A DNA stretch of 64,000 nt, taken from NCBI RefSeq assembly GCF_016026235.1, contig NZ_CP065613.1; one strand, written 5' to 3'. The DNA comes from Escherichia coli. Its GTDB lineage: Bacteria > Pseudomonadota > Gammaproteobacteria > Enterobacterales > Enterobacteriaceae. Position 1 is the stretch's first letter; the number at the start of each line of letters is the position of its first letter. Below, piece by piece: positions 52,560-64,000 of this stretch. The notes under the pieces were generated by a model. That model ran no database searches. It saw nothing but the letters and a program-made list of their open reading frames with translations, and was not told where the DNA came from. Both the position numbers and the translations under genes were made by a program.

Positions 52560-53771
52560 ATGAAAAAAATTGCTATTGTGGGTGCCGGGCCTACGGGGAT
52601 CTACACCTTATTCTCGCTTCTACAGCAACAAACTCCACTTTCTATTTCTATCTTCGAGCAGGCTGACGAGGCCGGTGTCGGGATGCCATACAGTGATGAG
52701 GAAAACTCAAAAATGATGCTGGCAAATATTGCCAGTATTGAAATACCGCCGATTAATTGTACGTATCTCGAATGGCTACAAAAGCAAGAAGCCAGCCATC
52801 TCCAGCGTTATGGCGTTAAAAAAGAAACCTTGCACGATCGTCAGTTTTTACCGCGAATTCTGCTGGGCGAATATTTCCGCGATCAATTTTTACGATTAGT
52901 AGACCAGGCACGACAGCAAAAATTTGCAGTGGCTGTTTATGAATCATGCCAGGTTACCGATCTGCAAATTACAAATGCTGGCGTCATGCTCGCTACAAAT
53001 CAGGATTTACCCAGCGAGACGTTTGATTTAGCGGTGATTGCCACGGGTCACGTCTGGCCTGATGAAGAAGAAGCAACCAGAACGTATTTTCCCAGTCCGT
53101 GGTCAGGCCTGATGGAAGCAAAGGTCGATGCGTGTAACGTGGGTATTATGGGAACATCCTTGAGCGGACTGGATGCGGCAATGGCAGTGGCTATTCAGCA
53201 TGGTTCGTTCATTGAAGATGATAAACAACACGTCGTTTTTAACCGCGATAACGCAAGTGAAAAGCTAAATATTACGTTGATGTCGCGCACGGGTATTTTA
53301 CCCGAAGCCGATTTCTATTGCCCTATTCCCTACGAGCCCTTACACATCGTCACCGATCAGGCATTAAATGCTGAGATTCAAAAAGGTGAAGAGGGCCTTT
53401 TGGATCGGGTATTTAGATTGATAGTAGAGGAAATCAAGTTTGCTGATCCAGACTGGAGCCAACGCATAGCCTTAGAGAGCCTGAATGTCGATTCCTTTGC
53501 TCAAGCTTGGTTTGCCGAGCGCAAACAACGCGACCCATTTGACTGGGCAGAAAAAAATCTCCAGGAAGTCGAACGCAATAAACGAGAAAAACATACTGTT
53601 CCCTGGCGTTATGTCATTCTGCGCCTGCATGAAGCCGTACAGGAAATTGTTCCACATCTGAATGAACACGACCATAAACGGTTCAGTAAAGGCCTTGCCC
53701 GGGTTTTTATCGATAATTATGCGGCAATCCCTTCAGAGTCTATTCGTCGGCTGCTGGCCTTACGTGAAGCG
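52560..53771 (+). pseudogene. ydhS: ydhS (FAD/NAD(P)-binding protein), 5' portion (codons 1-404) truncated by IS1
   Basis: N-terminal GxGxxG dinucleotide-binding motif (IAIVGAGPTG); frame runs into IS1; joins in frame with 54549-54941 to give 534 aa. Confidence 0.9.
53763..53771. repeat. IS1 target-site duplication (left) CGTGAAGCG
   Basis: Identical 9-mer at 54540-54548. Confidence 0.9.
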
Positions 53772-53786
53772 GGTAATGACTCCAAC

Positions 53787-54290
53787 TTACTGATAGTGTT
53801 TTATGTTCAGATAATGCCCGATGACCTTGTCATGCAGCTCCACCGATTTTGAGAACGACAGTGACTTCCGTCCCAGCCTTGCCAGATGTTGTCTCAGATT
53901 CAGATTATGTCGCTCAATGCGCTGAGTGTAACGCTTGCTGATAACGTGCAGCTTTCCCTTCAGGCGTGATTCATACAGCGGCCAGCCATCCGTCATCCAT
54001 ACCACGACCTCAAAGGCCGACAGCAGGCTCAGAAGACGCTCCAGTGTGGCCAGAGTGCGTTCACCGAAGACGTGCGCCACAACCGTCCTCCGTATCCTGT
54101 CATACGCGTAAAACAGCCAGCGCTGACGTGATTTAGCACCGACGTAGCCCCACTGTTCGTCCATTTCAGCGCAGACAATCACATCACTGCCCGGTTGTAT
54201 GCGCGAGGTTACCGACTGCGGCCTGAGTTTTTTAAGTGACGTAAAACCGTGTTGAGGCCAACGCCCATAATGCGTGCACTGGCGCGACAT
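53787..54290 (-). CDS. insB: IS1 InsB (expressed as InsAB' transposase by -1 frameshift)
   Basis: 167-aa ORF recognised as IS1 InsB. Confidence 0.9.
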   Translation of the reverse strand: MSRQCTHYGRWPQHGFTSLKKLRPQSVTSRIQPGSDVIVCAEMDEQWGYVGAKSRQRWLFYAYDRIRRTVVAHVFGERTLATLERLLSLLSAFEVVVWMTDGWPLYESRLKGKLHVISKRYTQRIERHNLNLRQHLARLGRKSLSFSKSVELHDKVIGHYLNIKHYQ

Positions 54291-54484
54291 CCGACGCCAT
54301 TCATGGCCATATCAATGATTTTCTGGTGCGTACCGGGCTGAGAGGCGGTGTAAGTGAACTGTAGTTGCCATGTTTTACGGCAATGAGAGCAGAGATAGCG
54401 CTGATGTCCGGCAGTGCTTTTGCCGTTACGCACCACGCCTTCAGTAGCGGAGCAGGAAGGACATCTGATGGAAATGGAAGCCAC
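54209..54484 (-). CDS. insA: IS1 InsA (transposition inhibitor/regulator)
   Basis: 91-aa ORF recognised as IS1 InsA (zinc-finger CPSCSA...CSHC). Confidence 0.9.
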   Translation of the reverse strand: MASISIRCPSCSATEGVVRNGKSTAGHQRYLCSHCRKTWQLQFTYTASQPGTHQKIIDMAMNGVGCRASARIMGVGLNTVLRHLKNSGRSR

Positions 54485-54539
54485 GCAAGCACCTTAAAAT
54501 CACCATCATACACTAAATCAGTAAGTTGGCAGCATTACC

Positions 54540-54548
54540 CGTGAAGCG
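54540..54548. repeat. IS1 target-site duplication (right) CGTGAAGCG
   Basis: Direct repeat of 53763-53771. Confidence 0.9.
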
Positions 54549-54941
54549 GGGATCATTCATATTCTCGCCCTCGGTGAAGACTACGAAATGGAAATTAATG
54601 AGTCGCGCACCGTCCTGAAAACGGAAGACAACAGCTACTCGTTTGACGTTTTTATTGATGCCCGCGGACAGCGTCCGCTTAAAGTGAAAGATATTCCTTT
54701 CCCTGGGCTACGCGAGCAATTACAGAAAACAGGGGATGAAATCCCTGATGTTGGCGAAGATTATACGTTACAGCAACCCGAAGATATTCGTGGACGCGTA
54801 GCGTTCGGCGCGTTGCCCTGGTTGATGCACGACCAGCCTTTCGTTCAGGGACTTACGGCATGTGCAGAAATTGGTGAGGCGATGGCCCGAGCGGTCGTAA
54901 AACCTGCATCCCGTGCACGTCGGCGTCTTTCGTTTGATTAA
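54549..54941 (+). pseudogene. ydhS: ydhS 3' portion (last 130 codons)
   Basis: In-frame continuation of ydhS after IS1. Confidence 0.85.
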
Positions 54942-54952
54942 AGGTAAAGCTA

Positions 54953-55765
54953 TCAGCACTCAACAAACTGATGCTGTTCATTAAGACGATAGCGGACTCC
55001 GGCTCGAATATTGTTTTCACCTTCAATGGCGACGGCGAAGCGAACTCTTTCGCCGTCATGATATGCCAGTGCGGCGCTTCCCCCTGGCCCGAGAATAATT
55101 GAGTCGACCACGCCCGTGCTCACTACCGTTGAATTTTCACCGCTGGCAATGATGTGTACATTGTCGCCGCTGTTGGCAATTCTGGCGTTTGCGCCAAAGC
55201 TGGCGATTTGCGCCAGGTCACCATTACTGGCGACATGACACCGTTCACCCAATGTACAAACGCGTACTCGCATTCCGGTGTTCGCAATCCGACTACTATC
55301 TCCAGCGCTGCTTATCCGCGAAGAATTACCGGTTACAGCAACCCGTGCGCGTTCACCGGAGCTGCCAATGTGACTGTTAAAGCCGACACTTCCAATCCGC
55401 ACGCTATAACCCATACTGGCAATTTGCGCGGCATACCCAGCGGTTGCGATTCGGGCGTTATCCTCACAACAGCCGATGCGAGCATGATCGTCGCTGCGGG
55501 CAAACTGACTGCAAAATGGTATCTCTCCGTGGTCTGTGGCCAGTTTTTGCATAGAGGAAACTTCCTGATGCGCGAAGTTTTCATCCGCCAGCCATTTTTT
55601 CCACGCATACTCAACCAGACTCTCCGCCCAGTCCGTATATCCTTCCTCAATCAGTGCATGATGAATATCGGCATAACTACCGCCGCGTGGGAAATGGCGC
55701 AGGAACCAGCGATACATCACCGCTCCGATACGCCATTCTCGCAGGTCTGCTCGTGTAATGATCAT
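54953..55765 (-). CDS. ydhT: FhmA/YdhT-family protein of the ydhYVWXUT operon
   Basis: 270 aa; last gene of the operon. Confidence 0.85.
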   Translation of the reverse strand: MIITRADLREWRIGAVMYRWFLRHFPRGGSYADIHHALIEEGYTDWAESLVEYAWKKWLADENFAHQEVSSMQKLATDHGEIPFCSQFARSDDHARIGCCEDNARIATAGYAAQIASMGYSVRIGSVGFNSHIGSSGERARVAVTGNSSRISSAGDSSRIANTGMRVRVCTLGERCHVASNGDLAQIASFGANARIANSGDNVHIIASGENSTVVSTGVVDSIILGPGGSAALAYHDGERVRFAVAIEGENNIRAGVRYRLNEQHQFVEC

Positions 55766-55768
55766 TCG

Positions 55769-56554
55769 TTAGTGCCGGTGATAGCCATCGACCATGCTTT
55801 TAAAGGTTTCGTGTGGCGTACGCCCCGTGGTGCAAAGATAAAGATGACCGAAGATAAAAAAGAGGCTTATAAATGCCAGAGCAAAATGCGCCTGCAATAA
55901 CCAGTATCTTACGCCAGGAAACACATCTCCCACGGCTTGCGGATAGAGACACAACAGCCCCGTCAATAGTAACAACGGCAGCAATCCATACATGACACCA
56001 ACATAGGCGACCTGCTGTAAGGGATTAAATTTAGACTGGCTTGTTGCCGGGAAAGGATGTTCTTCCCCCTGCATAATGCCAAACAAATAAAATCGCGTTT
56101 GTTTTGCCGCTCGTTCCAGCCACCCCTGACGACGAATGCGATAGTGGTGACCATTATCCCCAACGGCATTGATCAGCACAAAGCCGAGCCAGCATGCCAG
56201 TAACAAAAATCCGCAAACTTCATGCACCGCAACCAGACTTTTAACCGCAGTTGCGCCCACCAGCGCAAAGTGATTTATCAGCCCACTTGCCAGCAACAAT
56301 ACAAAGAGTAACGCATTCGACCAGTGCCATAATCTGACCGCTTTGCTGTAAAGATAAATCTTCTCACCATGATCGGTGGCTGATTTCTTCACGCCACGAG
56401 CACGAAGCAAGGCGTGCAGCCCCAGCACCAACCACATCCCAACCAGCAATACTCCGGCAATGATCAACCACACCGGCCAAAATTCGGGAGTGAACTGTGG
56501 CACATAGTTCGCTAACTGGCTCTGAAACTGTTCAGCATGTTGCGACGGGTTCAT
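55769..56554 (-). CDS. ydhU: PhsC/NrfD-like membrane-anchor (cytochrome b type) subunit
   Basis: 261 aa polytopic membrane protein. Confidence 0.85.
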   Translation of the reverse strand: MNPSQHAEQFQSQLANYVPQFTPEFWPVWLIIAGVLLVGMWLVLGLHALLRARGVKKSATDHGEKIYLYSKAVRLWHWSNALLFVLLLASGLINHFALVGATAVKSLVAVHEVCGFLLLACWLGFVLINAVGDNGHHYRIRRQGWLERAAKQTRFYLFGIMQGEEHPFPATSQSKFNPLQQVAYVGVMYGLLPLLLLTGLLCLYPQAVGDVFPGVRYWLLQAHFALAFISLFFIFGHLYLCTTGRTPHETFKSMVDGYHRH

Positions 56555-57219
56555 ACATTTTCCTTTTTAATCAAATGTTGACCGAACCGGCGATACAGAT
56601 GCGGTTTCCCGGCACCAGGTAGCTGATATTGATAGTATTTATTATCCTGCAACCACGCCTGAATTTCTGGGCTATCTTCGCGACCAAAGATCAATGCGTG
56701 TTCCGGACAGGCGCTGACGCAAATGGGCGGAAAGCCTTTTGCCAGTCGGGACTCAGCGCAGAAATCACATTTATCTGCCACTTTAGTGACAGGGTTAAGG
56801 TAGCGAACCTGGTACGGACAAGCGCCAATGCAATAACTGCAGCCGATGCACTGCGATTTTTCTACCCGCACGATCCCCTGCTCATCACGCCACGACGCCC
56901 CTGTCGGGCATACGTCGATGCACGGAGCATCTTCGCAGTGCTGACATGACTGGCGAAAAAAGTGATACTGCGTTTCGTTGTCGTTATCGGTGACTGGAAT
57001 GTGTGCTATCGATAAACGGCTTCCCTGAGCGGGGACGTGGTTAGTTTTACGGCATGCGCGGGCGCAAATATTACAGCCATTGCACCGTGACTCGTCATGA
57101 ATCATGGCATACCGAACTTCCTTTTCTTGCCTCGTGTTCGCTAACAGAGAAGACGCAGAACCAGTAAAAAAGATTACTGTTCCCATCCCCAGAACAAATT
57201 TGCGTCGAGTGAAGGACAT
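56551..57219 (-). CDS. ydhX: 4Fe-4S ferredoxin-type subunit with Tat signal
   Basis: 222 aa from ATG at 57219 (MSFTRRKFVLGMG twin-arginine motif); four CxxCxxCxxxCP-like clusters. Confidence 0.85.
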   Translation of the reverse strand: MSFTRRKFVLGMGTVIFFTGSASSLLANTRQEKEVRYAMIHDESRCNGCNICARACRKTNHVPAQGSRLSIAHIPVTDNDNETQYHFFRQSCQHCEDAPCIDVCPTGASWRDEQGIVRVEKSQCIGCSYCIGACPYQVRYLNPVTKVADKCDFCAESRLAKGFPPICVSACPEHALIFGREDSPEIQAWLQDNKYYQYQLPGAGKPHLYRRFGQHLIKKENV

Positions 57220-57282
57220 CTGATTATCCCCTAATGCAGTGGCTGCAACTGTCCACCCTATCCATGACATCTCCCTGAAATT

Positions 57283-57930
57283 TCAGGGGTTCTGAAACTG
57301 CTCTACCTCGAACCATTCGCATAAGCCATAAGCCTTGCCATAGGTCATAAATCGCTCACTAAACAAGTACAACTCCGCCGTCGATGACTCCACCTGCCGT
57401 ATATCGGCATATTCAGGTGCAACATCCATCGCGGCGATCGCGGCTTCAATCTGCGCTTCCTGGAAGTAATATGGCGCTTGCATCAGCATGGCGACTTTGT
57501 AAGGACGAGGATATGTCTGGCACTCAAAACGAACGGCGTGTGCAATGGCGCGACAAATGTCCTGCTCCACAACTTGCAAAGACATCGCCGCGTAGTTTTC
57601 ACTCATGGCCTGCGTTGAGTAATAGTAATCATCCTGGCTTCCCGTCATACAAGCGATATCAGCGTAGTCTCCGTTCTGCTTAATGCTTTCCAGCAAAACT
57701 GACAGCTCCTCTTCTGCAACCGAATAGGGTGGCGAGAGAAACACGGCGCGCGCCACCAGCTGCCCAGCCGCAGAATGCTGGCGAATGAACTCTGCCAGGA
57801 TTTCAGCCGGTTCTGGTTCGGTTACCGTATCAACGGGGTGACGCATCCCCTGTAACCATTGCCGCTTCGCCTCGTCAACTTCGCTGACTTTCGCTAACGG
57901 CAATTCATCCCGATGGTTCATCTCACCCAT
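57283..57930 (-). CDS. ydhW: Uncharacterized operon protein YdhW
   Basis: 215 aa. Confidence 0.8.
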   Translation of the reverse strand: MGEMNHRDELPLAKVSEVDEAKRQWLQGMRHPVDTVTEPEPAEILAEFIRQHSAAGQLVARAVFLSPPYSVAEEELSVLLESIKQNGDYADIACMTGSQDDYYYSTQAMSENYAAMSLQVVEQDICRAIAHAVRFECQTYPRPYKVAMLMQAPYYFQEAQIEAAIAAMDVAPEYADIRQVESSTAELYLFSERFMTYGKAYGLCEWFEVEQFQNP

Positions 57931-57933
57931 TCC

Positions 57934-60683
<2,750 letters not shown>

Positions 60684-61146
60684 TTATTTCGCATCCTCTT
60701 CGCAAACACAGTGCTGACAATTCAGCAGCCTGATATTAAGCATTCAACTAATACGCTGCTGACTCTGTCCCCAACACCAGATATTTTCCCTAACCCGATA
60801 GTGTATGAGAAAAGATTTAACGCCGATAAACTAATCCTTTATGGTTTTATGGTTAGGAGAAAAAATAATGTGATTATTCTGAGCCCTTAACATTGATCGT
60901 TATCAATTAAAATTACAAAGCAAGAAATTATAAGTGAACTGATATTTATTATCATTTGAAATAAATTTAACTTAAGCGACAATTATTTGTGACGTTCATT
61001 GCAGAAAATAAAAATAATATTATCGTTATAAATTAAAATACATACCGCAATTCGTATAATTTCAGCAGTTGTTATTTAGAATGATTAACTGGACCGCAAC
61101 TGAAGCAAGAATATCAGGATGAAGCTTACCGCCTCATCCTGAATGG

Positions 61147-61356
61147 TCATTTTACCAGTGCGTTAATGACGGTTTCCATCGCCTGCTTTTCCAGCTCACT
61201 GCGCTGAATGCGTTTATTGGCTAATGCTGTACGTAATACGCCTGCGATAACAATATGCTTTGGTTCCTGCCCCAGATCGCGCATTTCCAGCACAACTTTA
61301 CCGACAACTCTGCACATTTCTCGGTACAGTTCATCCTCTTTTGTCCGATTTCCCAT
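61147..61356 (-). CDS. fumD: Small fumarase-like protein FumD (YdhZ)
   Basis: 69 aa (MGNRTKEDELYREMCRVVGKVVLEMRDLGQEPKH...). Confidence 0.8.
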   Translation of the reverse strand: MGNRTKEDELYREMCRVVGKVVLEMRDLGQEPKHIVIAGVLRTALANKRIQRSELEKQAMETVINALVK

Positions 61357-61912
61357 TCTTTATACCTATTTATCATGCCAACTATCAGCATATATCAATC
61401 TAACCAATTAAACAAAAATCAAACAAAATCAGACAAATAACGCGATAAATTATTTTAACTATAGCAATTGAGCGATGATATATTTATACACCGGATGAAC
61501 TTTCACTTATCCTCACACTGACAACTTTGGCACCAGACGTTGCGCAAACAGCGAAGTTTTTGCGTAACCTTTTCCCTGGAACGTTAAATCTTTGATAACA
61601 ATTTATTGTCTAACAAGTTGTATATTTTTTGAAACGCTGTTTTTGTTTTCCTTTTGGATTAATTTCAGCGTATAATGCGCGCCAATTGACTCTTGAATGG
61701 TTTCAGCACTTTGGACTGTAGAACTCAACGACTCAAAAACAGGCACTCACGTTGGGCTGAGACACAAGCACACATTCCTCTGCACGCTTTTTCGATGTCA
61801 CCTATCCTTAGAGCGAGGCACCACCACTTTCGTAATACCGGATTCGCTTTCCGGCAGTGCGCCCAGAAAGCAAGTTTCTCCCATCCTTCTCAACTTAAAG
61901 ACTAAGACTGTC

Positions 61913-63325
61913 ATGAAAAAGACCAAAATTGTTTGCACCATCGGACCGAAAACCGAATCTGAAGAGATGTTAGCTAAAATGCTGGACGCTGGCATGAACG
62001 TTATGCGTCTGAACTTCTCTCATGGTGACTATGCAGAACACGGTCAGCGCATTCAGAATCTGCGCAACGTGATGAGCAAAACTGGTAAAACCGCCGCTAT
62101 CCTGCTTGATACCAAAGGTCCGGAAATCCGCACCATGAAACTGGAAGGCGGTAACGACGTTTCTCTGAAAGCTGGTCAGACCTTTACTTTCACCACTGAT
62201 AAATCTGTTATCGGCAACAGCGAAATGGTTGCGGTAACGTATGAAGGTTTCACTACTGACCTGTCTGTTGGCAACACCGTACTGGTTGACGATGGTCTGA
62301 TCGGTATGGAAGTTACCGCCATTGAAGGTAACAAAGTTATCTGTAAAGTACTGAACAACGGCGACCTGGGCGAAAACAAAGGTGTGAACCTGCCTGGCGT
62401 TTCCATTGCTCTGCCAGCACTGGCTGAAAAAGACAAACAGGACCTGATCTTTGGTTGCGAACAAGGCGTAGACTTTGTTGCTGCTTCCTTTATTCGTAAG
62501 CGTTCTGACGTTATCGAAATCCGTGAGCACCTGAAAGCGCACGGCGGCGAAAACATCCACATCATCTCCAAAATCGAAAACCAGGAAGGCCTCAACAACT
62601 TCGACGAAATCCTCGAAGCCTCTGACGGCATCATGGTTGCGCGTGGCGACCTGGGTGTAGAAATCCCGGTAGAAGAAGTTATCTTCGCCCAGAAGATGAT
62701 GATCGAAAAATGTATCCGTGCACGTAAAGTCGTTATCACTGCGACCCAGATGCTGGATTCCATGATCAAAAACCCACGCCCGACTCGCGCAGAAGCCGGT
62801 GACGTTGCAAACGCCATCCTCGACGGTACTGACGCAGTGATGCTGTCTGGTGAATCCGCAAAAGGTAAATACCCGCTGGAAGCGGTTTCTATCATGGCGA
62901 CCATCTGCGAACGTACCGACCGCGTGATGAACAGCCGTCTCGAGTTCAACAATGACAACCGTAAACTGCGCATTACCGAAGCGGTATGCCGTGGTGCCGT
63001 TGAAACTGCTGAAAAACTGGATGCTCCGCTGATCGTGGTTGCTACCCAGGGCGGTAAATCTGCTCGCGCAGTACGTAAATACTTCCCGGATGCCACCATC
63101 CTGGCACTGACCACCAACGAAAAAACGGCTCATCAGTTGGTACTGAGCAAAGGCGTTGTGCCGCAGCTGGTTAAAGAGATCACTTCTACTGATGATTTCT
63201 ACCGTCTGGGTAAAGAACTGGCTCTGCAGAGCGGTCTGGCACACAAAGGTGACGTTGTAGTTATGGTTTCTGGTGCACTGGTACCGAGCGGCACTACTAA
63301 CACCGCATCTGTTCACGTCCTGTAA
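61913..63325 (+). CDS. pykF: Pyruvate kinase I (fructose-1,6-bisphosphate activated)
   Basis: 470 aa from ATG at 61913 ([19 protein letters not shown]); strong RBS-less leader typical of pykF; the 542-aa listed ORF is an upstream extension. Confidence 0.95.
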
Positions 63326-63355
63326 TATTGCTTTTGTGAATTAATTTGTATATCG

Positions 63356-63381
63356 AAGCGCCCTGATGGGCGCTTTTTTAT
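63356..63381 (+). terminator. Rho-independent terminator after pykF
   Basis: Hairpin AGCGCCC-TGAT-GGGCGCT followed by TTTTTTA. Confidence 0.85.
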
Positions 63382-63622
63382 TTAATCGATAACCAGAAGC
63401 AATAAAAAATCAAATCGGATTTCACTATATAATCTCACTTTATCTAAGATGAATCCGATGGAAGCATCCTGTTTTCTCTCAATTTTTTTATCTAAAACCC
63501 AGCGTTCGATGCTTCTTTGAGCGAACGATCAAAAATAAGTGCCTTCCCATCAAAAAAATATTCTCAACATAAAAAAGTTTGTGTAATACTTGTAACGCTA
63601 CATGGAGATTAACTCAATCTAG

Positions 63623-63871
<249 letters not shown>

Positions 63872-63888
63872 TAGTACCTGTGAAGTGA

Positions 63889-63919
63889 AAAATGGCGCAC
63901 ATTGTGCGCCATTTTTTTT
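63889..63919 (+). terminator. lpp Rho-independent terminator
   Basis: Hairpin AATGGCGCACA-TTG-TGCGCCATT followed by T8. Confidence 0.9.
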
Positions 63920-63933
63920 GTCTGCCGTTTACC

Positions 63934-64000
63934 GCTACTGCGTCGCGCGTAACATATTCCCTTGCTCTGGTTCACCATTCTGCGCTGACTCTACTGAAGG
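63934..64000 (-). CDS. ldtE: 3' end of a minus-strand gene running off the window (probably L,D-transpeptidase ldtE/ynhG)
   Basis: Open minus-strand frame ending with stop at 63934-63936 (C-terminus ...NMLRATQ); position relative to lpp matches K-12; partial, identification by context only. Confidence 0.45.

Larger units (their letters stand above)
53772..54539 (-). mobile_element. IS1 (768 bp)
   Basis: Terminal repeats GGTAATGACTCCAACTTACTGAT (53772-) and ATCAGTAAGTTGGCAGCATTACC (-54539); insA and insB ORFs with the A6C frameshift motif at 54227-54233; 9-bp flanking direct repeat. Confidence 0.95.

Noticed and set aside
51864-52560. tRNA-Val tandem as a possible integration site for a genomic island or prophage
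   Set aside because: Sequence downstream of valW runs directly into a terminator and ydhR as in K-12; no integrase, direct repeat of the tRNA 3' end, or foreign-looking DNA.
55154-55900. 248-aa plus-strand ORF antisense to ydhT/ydhU
   Set aside because: Overlaps the ydhT and ydhU coding sequences on the opposite strand; shadow ORF.
61970-63316. 448-aa minus-strand ORF antisense to pykF, and 313-aa ORF 62176-63117
   Set aside because: They are fully contained in the highly conserved pykF gene on the opposite strand and have no start context or recognisable domain; shadow ORFs.

Overview
This window reads as Escherichia coli core chromosome, gene-for-gene colinear with the K-12 uidR-to-lpp segment, and I found no novel multi-gene system in it. 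It carries about 60 protein-coding genes: uidR, hdhA, malI/malXY, add, ydgJ, blr, cnu, ydgK, rsxABCDGE-nth, dtpA, gstA, pdxY-tyrS-pdxH, mliC, anmK, slyB, slyA, ydhIJK, sodC, ydhF, ydhL, nemR-nemA-gloA, rnt, lhr, grxD, mepH, sodB, ydhP, ynhF, purR, ydhB, ydhC, cfa, ribC, mdtK, ydhQ, ydhR, ydhS, ydhTUXWVY, fumD, pykF, lpp. It also has two tandem tRNA-Val genes (valV, valW). The departures from that backbone are all mobile-element or repeat related: (1) a 1294-bp IS4-family, IS10-like insertion sequence inside lhr, with a flanking direct repeat and an in-frame TGA inside its transposase; (2) a second, partial copy of the same element at the window start, downstream of uidR, in inverted orientation; (3) an IS1 (768 bp, 9-bp target duplication) inside ydhS; (4) a 96-bp tandem repeat array in rsxC that appears to be one unit longer than in K-12. 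Gene identities come from reading the translated ORFs against remembered E. coli proteins; no database search was run. No CRISPR array, prophage or integrase was seen.
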